Origin: a virus
IMG/VR virus record: IMGVR_UViG_3300048582_000269
Span: 1-46,824 of that record
Length of the DNA stretch: 46,824 nucleotides
Direction: 5' to 3' (one strand)
The first letter of the stretch is position 1. The number at the start of each line of letters is the position of its first letter. The position numbers were made by a program, and so were the translations under genes. Below the pieces are notes generated by a model. The model saw nothing but the letters and a program-made list of their open reading frames with translations, made no database searches and was not told where the DNA came from. Positions 23,431 through 33,935 of the stretch are shown piece after piece.

Positions 23431-26400
23431 ATGGCTAAAACAATAACCGACGAAAAAATAAAACTTTCCATCGAAGTTAACGGAGATCCGGCTCAAAAGG
23501 AACTTATCGCTCTCGAAAAAACCACACGTAAACTTACCGAAGAAACCAAAGCTCTTACTGCCCAAAAAAAGTTATTGGAACAGCAAGGCAAAAAAGATAC
23601 TGCCGAATATAAAAACCTTACGGCTGCCATTAACGCTAATAACAAAGTTATTGCCGAGAACAAAGCCAAAATGAAAGGATTGCAGGATCAAATCGGAATA
23701 ACTGGTTTAACCCTTTCGCAACTCCGCCAAAAAGCAACCATACTTCGTGCTACATTATCAAACATGATACCTGGAACCGAAGACTTTCGCCGTTACCAAG
23801 CAGAATTAAACCAAGTAAACGCACGTATAGGAGAACTTACCGGTCGTGCGGCACAAGCACGCTTTTCCTTATCATCGTTAGCCGATGGTTTTAATCGTTA
23901 CCAAGCATTAGCGTTTTCGGTCATTGCATCATTAGCGGGAATTGCTTTGTCTGTTCAAAAAATAATCGACATCAACGGTAAACTCTCCGATGCTCAATCC
24001 GATGTTATGAAAACCACCGGTATGACCAAGGATGAAGTGAACGAACTTACCAAATCGTTCGGTGCTCTCAAAACCAGAACCGCACGAATCGAATTATTAG
24101 GCCTTGCCACCGAAGCCGGACGATTAGGAATCGAAGGTGTGGCAAACGTGCAAGCGTTCGTAGAGCAAGCCAATAAAATGAAAGTGGCGTTAGGCGATGA
24201 TCTTTCCGATGAAGCTATTCGCGAAGTTGGTAAACTTGTAAACGTTTACGAAGTTGGAGAGGCAACAGGCAGAGACTTTGCAGGTTCTATGGATGCTCTA
24301 GGTTCTTCCATCAACGAAGTTTCGGCTTCTGGAGCCAACCAAGCCGGATTTTTAGTCGATTATTTAAAACGCCAAGCTGGTGTTGCTCGATTAACAAAAC
24401 TTTCGGCTGCTGATAATATTGGTTATGCGGCAACCTTTGACGAATTAGGACAAACTACAGAGGTGGCTGCTACTGCCATGAATAAGGTGTGGTTAGAAAT
24501 GATGAAGAAGCCTCAAGAATTTGCAAAAGTGGCAGGAGTTAGTGTGAAAGAATTTAAAAACATAATGGATAAAGACGCTAACGCTGCAATGCTTATGTTT
24601 TTAGATGCTGTTGGCAAAAACAAAGGTGCTGCATCTGATTTATTAGAATCATTAAAAGAAATAGAAGCTGGTGGTGTTCGAGGCGACCAAGCTTTATTAA
24701 CTTTAGCAGGAAAGACTGATTTGCTTCGCCAAAGACAACAAATTGCAAATCAAGCGTTAATAGAAGCTACTTCGTTAACCGATGAATACAATATAAAAAA
24801 CACCAATTTAGCAGCTACTTATGAAAAAATACAAAAAACGTTATTAGGTTGGTTTTCTTCAGAAACAATAGTTGGAGGCTTAACCGATTTTTTTAACTGG
24901 TTTGCAAAATTAATTGGAGCGACAGAAGATTTAGATGGTAGCGTTACAAGTTTTAAGGACAAATTAATAGTCTTTTTAAAAGTACTATCAATAATAATTG
25001 TTTCATATATTTCATACAATGCAGCATTGAAATTAACTCTGTATTGGACAAGATCAGTAGCGGCAGCTCAATCACTTTATAACTTAATTCAAACGAGAGG
25101 AGCGGTAACAACTAATTTACTAAAAAGCTCACAATTATTACTTGCTTCTGCTTATTATCTAGTTACTGGCCAAGTTACACGTGCAACTGCTGCAATGAGA
25201 TTATTTAATGCGGTTAGTAAAATGAATCCTTTAGGATTACTTCTGGGACTTTTAGCCGCAGCGACTGCCGCTTTTGTTTTATTTAAAAAGAAAGTAGATG
25301 AAACTACAATCGCACAAAAAACTTTAAGTGATTTACGTGCCACAGTTGCAAAAAATATAGATACAGAAAAGAATAAATTAATTCAATTATTAGCCATAGC
25401 CAAAGATGAAACTATTGAAAAAGGCAGAAGACTTGAGGCTATTAAAAGATTAAATGAGCTTTCTCCTGAATATTTAGGCAATCTTACTTTAGAAACTATT
25501 AAAACAGCAGAAGCCGCCAAAGCCATAAATTTATATATTGGAGCTTTAGAGAAAAAAGCAATGAAAGAGGCTTTTGAATCCAAACGTTCTGAATATCAAC
25601 AAAAGAAATTAGACGCGTTACTTGACCCTGAAAAAGATAAAATTACACTTGGATCAAGAGAAGTGGAACTAAAGAAAGTATATGAAGCTGAACAAAAATT
25701 ATTACAAAAGCTCAATCAGGAGCAGCGGGATTTATATTTTAAATCAGACCTAAGTGTTGAAGAAACTAAAAAGAAATATGATGCTATTAACGCTGCCAAA
25801 AAAGAACTTTCAGACGAAGAAATTTTACATTTAAAACTTTTAGCAGGTATGTCCTCCGCTTCAAAGGACGTATATCGTGAATATAAAAAGCCAATTTCTG
25901 ATGCAGTTGTTGCTTTAAAAACTTTAAAAGAAGAAGAAGAAAAATTCATAAAAGAAAACACGGGTCTTTACATTCAAAAAGATGATGTAACGATAACTGC
26001 TAATGACCCAGCCGGCGAATCAGAAGATGCTAAGAAAAAACGTGAAGAAGCCGCACGAAAAGCCAAAGAAGCCGCAGACAAACGCCTCGAAGAATTAAAG
26101 AAATCCGCCGAAGAACGTTTGCGTATTGAACGTGAGTTAGAAGATGCTATTCTTGCCAATATGTCCGAAGGTTACCAAAAAGAATGGAAGTTGGAACAAA
26201 CTAATTGGAAACGTAAAGTTGAGGATTTACAAGCCCGAATGATTCAAGAAATAGAAATCGAAGAGGCTCTATTAAAATCAAAAGACCAAAGTTTGTCGCC
26301 CGAAGCTCGTGATTATTGGGCAAAACAAGCAAAGCACTGGACAGATACAAACAAGCATCTTAAATCCTTAATCGAAACGCAAGAGCAAGCCCATAAAATC

Positions 26401-27783
26401 AGATTGGCTACTATTCAGGAGAAAGCAGCCAATAAAGAAATAGGCACCTTACAAGATAAATATAACCGTGAAAAGGTTGTTAGAGAAACCGATTTTAATA
26501 ATCGAATTGCTGAACTAAACCTTACCGAAGACCAAAAGGCACAAGCAAAAAAAGACTTCCAATTGAAGGAATTGGAAGAAGAAGAAAAGCATTTGCGTAA
26601 CCTTTTAGAAAGCTACAAAACCATTATCGGTGGTGGCGAATTCAGCGGTATCGATTTATCTCTTCTTACACCTGAGCAAGTTGAAGAATTTAAAAAACTA
26701 GCCGAAGATGTAGGGTTGAAGCTTTCAGAAATGAAAGATAAAAAAGATGCTATTTCTGGCAAATCCACACAATCAAACGCCGAAGCTCTCGGGCTTGGTG
26801 GTAACGTGGATATTTTCGGATTTACTCCTGATAATTGGCAACAACTATTTAACAACCTATCACAAGGTAAAGTAGGTATTGAAGAAATGGTTTTTGCCGT
26901 GCAAGCGTTGAGCAATATGTGGGGTCAGTACTCGCAGTTCTTAGCCGCAAACGAAGCACAGCAATTACGTTCGTACGAAGTTCAAAACGACCGCAGAAAA
27001 GCAACGTTAAAACGACAATTAGATGCAGGTTTGATTTCTCAAAACCAATACAGTCGTGCCGTTGAAACTATTGATGCAGAACTCGACCGTAAAAAAGCGA
27101 AGATTGAATATGATCAAGCCAAGCGTCAAAAAACATTAGCAGCTATTCAAATCATTACTAATACTGCCGGTGCCATCATGGGTATTTGGAAAGATGTGCC
27201 AAAATTCGATTTTGGTTCTGCTGCTTTTGCCTTATCTGCTATGGTTGGAGCACTCGGAGCTTTGCAATTGGCTACCGTAATGAAAACTCCGCTACCAACC
27301 AAAGGTTACGAAGAGGGTTATTATCCCGTAAAACGTGAGCAAGATGGCAAAATGTTTAATGCCACCATGGGAGGCCGTCCAACTTCGCAAATGGTTCGTA
27401 AACCTAAGGTTTTCTTAGCAGGCGAAAACGGAGAGAATTTCCCCGAAATGATAATCGATGGGCGAAGCTTTGCCCGTTTCTCACCCGAATTAAAAAATGC
27501 TTTACAAAGAGAACTTAGTGGCGTTCGTGGTTTTGAGCAAGGCTACTACAAAGATGGAAGATATGAAGTTCCGGCTTCATCTTCTGGTGACGCTTTACTA
27601 CAATCAGTTATGTCCTTAATAGCAAATAACAACGCATTAATAGCTGAAAACACCGAAGTAATGAGAGATATTAAACTTAACGGGTTACGTGCGAAAGTAC
27701 TTGCCAACGATTACAAATCAATCGAAAACCTTGAAGACGGATTTAAAAACTTTAACGAACTAAAAACTAAAAACCGAAGATAA
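23431..27783 (+). CDS. Tail tape measure protein
   Basis: 1450 aa, the longest ORF. It has extensive coiled-coil/charged regions, central hydrophobic helices (residues ~510-620) and C-terminal TMDs, and is followed by large distal tail genes. Confidence 0.85.
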   Translation: MAKTITDEKIKLSIEVNGDPAQKELIALEKTTRKLTEETKALTAQKKLLEQQGKKDTAEYKNLTAAINANNKVIAENKAKMKGLQDQIGITGLTLSQLRQKATILRATLSNMIPGTEDFRRYQAELNQVNARIGELTGRAAQARFSLSSLADGFNRYQALAFSVIASLAGIALSVQKIIDINGKLSDAQSDVMKTTGMTKDEVNELTKSFGALKTRTARIELLGLATEAGRLGIEGVANVQAFVEQANKMKVALGDDLSDEAIREVGKLVNVYEVGEATGRDFAGSMDALGSSINEVSASGANQAGFLVDYLKRQAGVARLTKLSAADNIGYAATFDELGQTTEVAATAMNKVWLEMMKKPQEFAKVAGVSVKEFKNIMDKDANAAMLMFLDAVGKNKGAASDLLESLKEIEAGGVRGDQALLTLAGKTDLLRQRQQIANQALIEATSLTDEYNIKNTNLAATYEKIQKTLLGWFSSETIVGGLTDFFNWFAKLIGATEDLDGSVTSFKDKLIVFLKVLSIIIVSYISYNAALKLTLYWTRSVAAAQSLYNLIQTRGAVTTNLLKSSQLLLASAYYLVTGQVTRATAAMRLFNAVSKMNPLGLLLGLLAAATAAFVLFKKKVDETTIAQKTLSDLRATVAKNIDTEKNKLIQLLAIAKDETIEKGRRLEAIKRLNELSPEYLGNLTLETIKTAEAAKAINLYIGALEKKAMKEAFESKRSEYQQKKLDALLDPEKDKITLGSREVELKKVYEAEQKLLQKLNQEQRDLYFKSDLSVEETKKKYDAINAAKKELSDEEILHLKLLAGMSSASKDVYREYKKPISDAVVALKTLKEEEEKFIKENTGLYIQKDDVTITANDPAGESEDAKKKREEAARKAKEAADKRLEELKKSAEERLRIERELEDAILANMSEGYQKEWKLEQTNWKRKVEDLQARMIQEIEIEEALLKSKDQSLSPEARDYWAKQAKHWTDTNKHLKSLIETQEQAHKIRLATIQEKAANKEIGTLQDKYNREKVVRETDFNNRIAELNLTEDQKAQAKKDFQLKELEEEEKHLRNLLESYKTIIGGGEFSGIDLSLLTPEQVEEFKKLAEDVGLKLSEMKDKKDAISGKSTQSNAEALGLGGNVDIFGFTPDNWQQLFNNLSQGKVGIEEMVFAVQALSNMWGQYSQFLAANEAQQLRSYEVQNDRRKATLKRQLDAGLISQNQYSRAVETIDAELDRKKAKIEYDQAKRQKTLAAIQIITNTAGAIMGIWKDVPKFDFGSAAFALSAMVGALGALQLATVMKTPLPTKGYEEGYYPVKREQDGKMFNATMGGRPTSQMVRKPKVFLAGENGENFPEMIIDGRSFARFSPELKNALQRELSGVRGFEQGYYKDGRYEVPASSSGDALLQSVMSLIANNNALIAENTEVMRDIKLNGLRAKVLANDYKSIENLEDGFKNFNELKTKNRR

Positions 27784-28187
27784 TGACCTATACCGAAGCC
27801 GAAGTTTTTGCAAACCAAAAACACAATACAATCGTTGACCTCATGTATTTTCATTTGGTCGATTGGTCTCGAACCCAAGACCCTGAACCAAATATCGATT
27901 TAATATTTTGCCTCACAGGTAAAGCAGCTGCTATTTGGCAAGGTGCTACCAACACGCCAATTAATAATGCCGTTTTTATTACTGATAACGCTGAGTGTTT
28001 TCAATTTGTTTTGGATAAACTAGGGGCATTGTTAAAGCTTCCAACCATCAAATACCAAGAAAAGGTTTTGATGTACACAGACGATCTGTTTATCGAAGTT
28101 CACTACTGGACAGGAGCTTTCACTCCTTACTATGTAGATTTTATCAGCGTTCATCCAACAGCCGAAATTCCACCTCAATTTTTATAA
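27783..28187 (+). CDS. Hypothetical tail-associated protein
   Basis: 134-aa ORF with a 1-nt overlap with the tape-measure stop. Confidence 0.5.
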   Translation: MTYTEAEVFANQKHNTIVDLMYFHLVDWSRTQDPEPNIDLIFCLTGKAAAIWQGATNTPINNAVFITDNAECFQFVLDKLGALLKLPTIKYQEKVLMYTDDLFIEVHYWTGAFTPYYVDFISVHPTAEIPPQFL

Positions 28188-28190
28188 ACT

Positions 28191-30365
28191 ATGCCAATCA
28201 CAACCAACCCTTCGCAAAGTAATACTACAACCACAGGAACGCCGCTCTTTCAAGATTGGGGACCACAACCTGCGGTTACCAATATTACGTATTCAACAGC
28301 CTATCCTGGTGTAATTTCTTCACCGGCAATCACCTTTAAAATCAAAGATGTGGTAGGAACTCCAATTGCTGCATCCTATACAAACTTTCGTTTAAAAGCA
28401 GTACAGTCATATTTCAATACAGGTGTTCCGTTTGTTAACCCAACTTCATACACTGGCGATGGTTATCCAACTAGTTTGGCTTCATCGGTTCCAATCACCA
28501 CAACCGGAATAACCTTTTCGTTTACTCCTATTTTTCAAAACCTCACGACTATTATTCCTGGAGTGTATGAATTTCGTCATTGGTTTTATGTACAAGGACA
28601 ATTACCATCTGGTGCATGGGAAGATGTTAGTACCTATATGCATTCGCTAGTGTTAACAGTAAGCAATAATACATTACTTTGGAACCCAACATCACTTGCT
28701 TTTGTTCATGCACAAAATTCAGGAACCACAACTTTAGAAGTGGTAATGAACGGACCTAGTTGGATACTTGCTTCTTTAAATCCTAAGATAATATTATCTT
28801 CTTTAGATGTTGGTGTAACGATTGGTACTTCTTCTCATCCTCAAGGAACAACGTATTCAGCGTCAGGAAGCGGAGAAAAAACAATTCAAGTTACGCTATC
28901 TGATTTTTATGATGAAGGAGAAATAAATACTTATTTATCTGGTGGTTTACTTGTGTTAAATGGAACTGTTTTTATAGGAACAATTCCGTATTCAATTCAA
29001 ATTTTAAACGAAAACACCTTTGACGTAACCCCCGAAAGTCTTTCGTTTTATGCTGTAAAAGGAATTACAGAAGCACCATCGCAAGATCTAACTTTGCTTT
29101 TATCCGAAGGTGCTGCAACCATTACCAAATCCTCATGGATTGAAGTAATTGATGCTTTGGTCACAATTGACGAAGTGAGCTATCCGGTAAAGCGAGTTTC
29201 GGTGATAAATTCTGCCAATTTAGAAACCGGAACATACATTGGTTTTATCAATTTCTTTGCTGTAATTGATGGTATTGATTCCAATATCAATATTTCGGTA
29301 ACATATGTTATCGACGATTTCATTGCCAATCCCTATAACGGAAAAGCCTTTACATTAGATCCTTTGTTTTATGGGTTGTCAACCGAAAATTTAAATTCAT
29401 ATTTTGAATTGATTACAACTGTAAAAACATTCAAATTTTTTACAAATGAAGAAAAAGTTACGGTTATACCCGAAAAGTTTCCTTTATTCAAAAATCAAGG
29501 AAAATTTAATCTAGGCAAAAAGATTCACCAAATAATGGATCGTTTTGCTGCTCCAAACGAAATATACCAGCAGTACAAACCTGCCGAAGTATATTTTGAG
29601 GTCAATGAACGTAGTAGTATTGATGATTCATTGATTCGTTCTGCTCTTGGTGAAGTACAAGAATACATTGCCGGAATATCCGACGATGTGATTCCAAACG
29701 TTTCTTTTCTCGATGTCAATTACAAACAGAAAAGAGTCACCACAAAGTCATTTGAAATGCTAAACATGTTGATTCCAAATTCACCACACCAATTGGATAT
29801 CTACAAAAACAATGTTTTGCATCAATCAATACCGCTTTTGTTTTCTGGCAATAAAATTGTTTCCAAAAAAATAACCTTTGCCGAGTTTAACCAGGGCGAT
29901 GTTATTCGGTACGAAATAATTGACCAAATGAATGAACCAATTGAAACTCCAAGGCTAGAATTTGTTGTGTTTCCTGAGAATGATTTTTCGCAAATGGTTG
30001 TTTGGGAAAATGAATTTCTTTTACAATCGGCTTTAGAATTTACCGGAGCTTTCGCAGTAAAAAACGACTTCGAAATGATTTCGCAGTCTGTTTACGAAAA
30101 CTTGGTTGATGTCTTGAAATATTTAGAAACACGCAAAAAAAGCACATTCACTATCAATACAGGTTGGGTGTTGCAATCGCAAGAGCGAACCATCGAAAGC
30201 CTTATGCGTGCTCAACGTGCTTGGATTCTATTCAATAACGAATGGATTTCAGTCGTGCCAATTTCAAAATCGGTTCCAACATACAGCAGTGAGACTGATT
30301 TATACTCCTACAATATTGAATTCCACATAAACAGATCATCAGATGAGAAAGCTTATACATACTAA
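28191..30365 (+). CDS. Distal tail/baseplate protein candidate
   Basis: 724-aa beta-rich ORF directly downstream of the tape measure. The call rests on position. Confidence 0.5.
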   Translation: MPITTNPSQSNTTTTGTPLFQDWGPQPAVTNITYSTAYPGVISSPAITFKIKDVVGTPIAASYTNFRLKAVQSYFNTGVPFVNPTSYTGDGYPTSLASSVPITTTGITFSFTPIFQNLTTIIPGVYEFRHWFYVQGQLPSGAWEDVSTYMHSLVLTVSNNTLLWNPTSLAFVHAQNSGTTTLEVVMNGPSWILASLNPKIILSSLDVGVTIGTSSHPQGTTYSASGSGEKTIQVTLSDFYDEGEINTYLSGGLLVLNGTVFIGTIPYSIQILNENTFDVTPESLSFYAVKGITEAPSQDLTLLLSEGAATITKSSWIEVIDALVTIDEVSYPVKRVSVINSANLETGTYIGFINFFAVIDGIDSNINISVTYVIDDFIANPYNGKAFTLDPLFYGLSTENLNSYFELITTVKTFKFFTNEEKVTVIPEKFPLFKNQGKFNLGKKIHQIMDRFAAPNEIYQQYKPAEVYFEVNERSSIDDSLIRSALGEVQEYIAGISDDVIPNVSFLDVNYKQKRVTTKSFEMLNMLIPNSPHQLDIYKNNVLHQSIPLLFSGNKIVSKKITFAEFNQGDVIRYEIIDQMNEPIETPRLEFVVFPENDFSQMVVWENEFLLQSALEFTGAFAVKNDFEMISQSVYENLVDVLKYLETRKKSTFTINTGWVLQSQERTIESLMRAQRAWILFNNEWISVVPISKSVPTYSSETDLYSYNIEFHINRSSDEKAYTY

Positions 30366-32175
30366 TTTTGAACTAGATTTATCCTCGTTGCAATTAATAG
30401 ACAACGAGGAAAATCCTTGGTTTCTCGACGAGATTCCATTGCGTTTCACTTTTCCGTTTGAGTTAGATCTAACCGATGAAAACGAACAAAACTTTGGTTT
30501 CATTTCTTCCTACCAAACTTCGCCCGAAACAATCTATCCATTGGTTTACGTTCACGGCAACCAAATGGAGCAAGCAGAGTTGGAGCTGGAGGAACTCAAC
30601 GACAAAAAACTGCAAGCCACTTTATCTTTTGGCTTGGAGAAATTGCCGTCTTGGGATAAAAAACTTTCCGAACTTCCTTTGGATAAGTTTGATTTAGATG
30701 GAGAAACCATCTATGAACATGCCGAAGATGTGATAGCTCTCACCTATCCGGCTGTCAATTACAACTTCCCGCAAGTGCATGTAGAAAATTTTGATACAGA
30801 AAATGATTTATATGCATCATTCCCCGGACGAATAAACAATACCGTTGCAGGTTCGTTTATTCCAAACACTATTGATCCAATTGATTATAGTTCAAACAAT
30901 CCAACCATCATTCAACCACTTCCCTACTGGTTGCATGTGTTGCAAAAAGGTTTTGAAGCTTCGGGACTAACCCTCGAGGGTGAAATTTTATCAGACGAGC
31001 GTCTTTTAAAAAAATGCTTGTATACCAGCAAAGAATATTTCACAAAAAGAGATAATCCTGAATATAGTGCATTTCTTCTCGGAATCGACGAAGTAGAACA
31101 AATAGGAAGCTCTCCCTCCTGGGGTACGATGGGTAAATATGAAGTGATTGTCGATATCGCACAATGGGGAAAGTTCAATATTCTTGGAAACATTAAACGC
31201 TTGGTAGTCGCAAACAATCCATTTCCACCAACCACAATCAAGTTTAATGATGTGGTTATCTGGTCACAATCAGGATATGGTCAAAGCTATTTTGTTGATA
31301 CCACATTCGACACTACAGAATTTGGTCCCAACGAATTAAAAATAACAATCTATTCTCGTATTCCAATCAATCCAAATCTGGTTGATTTAACACAGTTGAT
31401 TATTTGTGATTTACAAATATTGGCTCTTGTATTATATGATGCTCCCGACAGTTTGGTTCCAACCATTATAAACGAAGATAAAATTGATTTAACCAAAGCA
31501 GTTCCCGACATGACCTTTGGCGATTTTGTAAAAGTCATTCTCAATTGGTACAATTACGATTACGATATTCAAGATGGAATTGTTACCATGAATAAAATTG
31601 AAAGCCAAATGAATTACAATAGTGCATTTGATTTATCCATGTTTGAAGTGCGTTCGCCTATACGCCGATTCAAAAAAGGTTATTCATTTGAGTTGAAATT
31701 TCAAGAGGTAGAAACTGATTACGAATACCTTCCGGTGTTTCAATCAGCCACAGAAATTCTTACTGCAGGTTATAAAAAAGATGACAAAACCAAAACAATC
31801 GAAGTAAATGCTTTGCCTTTGCCAAATCTTTTACGTGATGGTATTACAACAGCTCACGCTTTTGCAACCGATGAAAGTAAACCTTTTGCGGTATTTTATA
31901 GTGGTTTAATTGATGGTTTGAATACAACCGAAAGTCCACAAGCTATGATGATTCCGCAAGTGCATGAAACCAATTGGCGACGATGGTTTACTAATAGAAT
32001 TGATGCACAACAATTCACATGGAATTTTAAATCGTGGTTTGATGATATCTCCGGTTTAAAAGCAAAAGGCAAATGCTTTGCTTATGGCCGCTACCACATT
32101 ATAAAAAAAATCCAGCGTACAGAATTGTCGCCGGATCTATTTGAAGTTGAAATTGAAACCGAAACATTAAAATAA
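30343..32175 (+). CDS. Tail-associated/baseplate hub protein candidate
   Basis: 610-aa ORF, second large gene after the tape measure. Its stop overlaps the convergent integrase stop by 9 nt. Confidence 0.5.
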   Translation: MRKLIHTNFELDLSSLQLIDNEENPWFLDEIPLRFTFPFELDLTDENEQNFGFISSYQTSPETIYPLVYVHGNQMEQAELELEELNDKKLQATLSFGLEKLPSWDKKLSELPLDKFDLDGETIYEHAEDVIALTYPAVNYNFPQVHVENFDTENDLYASFPGRINNTVAGSFIPNTIDPIDYSSNNPTIIQPLPYWLHVLQKGFEASGLTLEGEILSDERLLKKCLYTSKEYFTKRDNPEYSAFLLGIDEVEQIGSSPSWGTMGKYEVIVDIAQWGKFNILGNIKRLVVANNPFPPTTIKFNDVVIWSQSGYGQSYFVDTTFDTTEFGPNELKITIYSRIPINPNLVDLTQLIICDLQILALVLYDAPDSLVPTIINEDKIDLTKAVPDMTFGDFVKVILNWYNYDYDIQDGIVTMNKIESQMNYNSAFDLSMFEVRSPIRRFKKGYSFELKFQEVETDYEYLPVFQSATEILTAGYKKDDKTKTIEVNALPLPNLLRDGITTAHAFATDESKPFAVFYSGLIDGLNTTESPQAMMIPQVHETNWRRWFTNRIDAQQFTWNFKSWFDDISGLKAKGKCFAYGRYHIIKKIQRTELSPDLFEVEIETETLK

Positions 32176-33291
32176 ATTATCCAAAAGGAAAATTTCTTTA
32201 TTGGCTTCGCTTTGTAAAATATGTACATATACCATTGTTTGATTGATTGATGAATGCCCTAAAAGCTTTTGCAACATCTCTACCTTTCCACCCATTCGCA
32301 AAAAGAGAGTTGCAAAAGTATGTCGGGCTACGTGAAACGAAACTTTTTTAGTTATTTTCAGGTTGGGCATAATCTTTTTTAATTCATCATTCATGTGCTG
32401 ATCTGTGAACTTGGTGACAAATAAATTAGGAAGCGTTTCTAAAATTCTACGTGCGTTTTGATTTAAAACAATGCTTTGATTCTTATTTGTTTTCTGAGAA
32501 ACAAAGGAAATTTCATTTTCTAGCAAGTCTTTTCTTTTCAATGCTTGAATATCAGAAATTCTCAAACCTGTAAAACACGAAAACAAAAAGTAACCTAGAA
32601 TCATTCGGTGACTCGTGTTTACGTATTCCAGATTTATAAAATCAAAACAACGTCGAACTTCTTCTTTCGACAAATAGGTTCGGTTACCTTTTGTGGAACC
32701 GGTGGTTATATCGTCTACATTCACAGCTAATTTAATACCTGCTCTACTTGCCAATCTTAGAAACTTTTTGATACTCGCAATATTACTATTAATTGTGGTG
32801 CTTTGATTTCCTAGTGAAGAAAGATAGTTTCTGTAACGATCAAACCAACCCATGGTTATCTCCGAAAAAGCAATGTCCGGATTATACTTTTTTACTTTTT
32901 CCATCACTGCTTTATGTCGTGCATAGGTTCCTGGTTCCATCGATGCTCGAGCATCTTCAAGAGCATGTTTAAAAAATGCACAAAAATTTACGCGGCTCAT
33001 GTTTTCAGACAGTTCCTTTTTTAAAAGAGCCGGTGTAATAACCTTTTCCTGCAGCCGATACTCAATTTTTATTTTATTGACTTTAGCCTCGATTGCTTCC
33101 AGAACCAGGTTAATGTCATTTGAATCGGCATTTTCTCCCTTTACCCTCTTTTTGTCACCCAACCAAATTTGGGGGTCAACATAAATTTTGGTATGAATAC
33201 GCTCGCGTTGCTTGCTACCACTACACATTAAATATATCGGCGATTTTCCGTCGATTATTTTGTCTTTACGAAGTAAAAAATAGGTTCTCAT
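32167..33291 (-). CDS. int: Tyrosine recombinase (phage integrase)
   Basis: TGLRISD (Arg I), HVARHTFAT (HxxR) and LLGHSSINQTMVYVH (His/Tyr) motifs. The start at MRTYFLLRKDK matches the typical Bacteroidota integrase N-terminus. The ORF stays open upstream to 33405. Confidence 0.9.
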   Translation of the reverse strand: MRTYFLLRKDKIIDGKSPIYLMCSGSKQRERIHTKIYVDPQIWLGDKKRVKGENADSNDINLVLEAIEAKVNKIKIEYRLQEKVITPALLKKELSENMSRVNFCAFFKHALEDARASMEPGTYARHKAVMEKVKKYNPDIAFSEITMGWFDRYRNYLSSLGNQSTTINSNIASIKKFLRLASRAGIKLAVNVDDITTGSTKGNRTYLSKEEVRRCFDFINLEYVNTSHRMILGYFLFSCFTGLRISDIQALKRKDLLENEISFVSQKTNKNQSIVLNQNARRILETLPNLFVTKFTDQHMNDELKKIMPNLKITKKVSFHVARHTFATLFLRMGGKVEMLQKLLGHSSINQTMVYVHILQSEANKEIFLLDNLF

Positions 33292-33329
33292 TGACACATA
33301 AATTTTTTGGGTGTCAACCAGGGTGTCAA
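33291..33329. promoter_or_regulatory. GGGTGTCAA direct repeats and an inverted partial copy just upstream of the int start
   Basis: gggtgtcaa at 33309-33317 and 33321-33329, ttgacac at 33291-33297, and a third gggtgtcaa at 33505-33513. Confidence 0.45.
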
Positions 33330-33509
33330 AAATCCTTTCAGAAGGGGTTAAATACATAGTCAAACGTTTTTGGGTAAAACAATTAAAGCACATCAAATCA
33401 ACCATTTACGGTGTTTTGAGTGTGCTTCTTTTGACTTTGTAATCTAAATATGTGACCCAGTCAGGAACAAAAACAACACTGATTAACAGTAAGTTACATC
33501 AATCGGGTG

Positions 33510-33824
33510 TCAATTGCGTGACAAATTAAGTTTTAATTCACGCAATCGTTCCTCCAATTCTTCAATAAGAACAAGGTTCCTTGTCTTATATTCTTCCGCT
33601 GCTTCGGCGACAGAATCCATCGTCAGATCGTCCGATATTAAAAAGTTAATATCAGCATCCGGAAAGTACTTCTTAATTTTTTGAATGAAGGTTTTTGAAA
33701 TGTTATCTGAGTTCAGATACCTTGAAATCAAACTCTCACTATAACCGTCCATTATTTTGGATATCTGACGGTTATCGAGATTCTTCTCTTCAAAAAAATG
33801 TTTGGCTTTTGCTGAAAATCCCAT
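33510..33824 (-). CDS. XRE/cI-like HTH repressor candidate
   Basis: 104 aa with an N-terminal HTH (LDNRQISKIMDGYSESLISRYLN). Transcribed divergently from the early rightward operon. Confidence 0.6.
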   Translation of the reverse strand: MGFSAKAKHFFEEKNLDNRQISKIMDGYSESLISRYLNSDNISKTFIQKIKKYFPDADINFLISDDLTMDSVAEAAEEYKTRNLVLIEELEERLRELKLNLSRN

Positions 33825-33851
33825 ACTGATTAATTTAGAAACATTTTAAAT

Positions 33852-33915
33852 TATACTTTTTAGTAAAACTTTTTATCATTTGTTTTACTTTTTAGTAAAA
33901 CTTTTATATACATTT
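33852..33915. promoter_or_regulatory. Lysis-lysogeny switch region: two operator copies and the rightward -7 box TACATTTG
   Basis: TACTTTTTAGTAAAACTTTT occurs at 33854-33873 and 33886-33905, 32 bp apart. A TAnnTTTG match lies at 33908-33915, 21 nt before the ATG at 33936. Confidence 0.6.
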
Positions 33916-33935
33916 GTGACAGATATAACAAACCT

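Noticed and set aside
24819-26915. Several 61-100-aa - strand ORFs inside the tape-measure gene (24819-25019, 25155-25343, 25383-25583, 25716-25961, 25974-26159, 26613-26915).
   Set aside because: All are nested antisense to a 1450-aa ORF with a clear tape-measure character. Their Ser/Phe/Ala-rich low-complexity translations are typical shadows of Lys/Glu/Ala-rich coiled-coil coding sequence.
32999-33359. + strand ORFs 32999-33184 and 33120-33359 antisense to the integrase.
   Set aside because: They are nested in a gene with unambiguous tyrosine-recombinase motifs. They are shadow ORFs.
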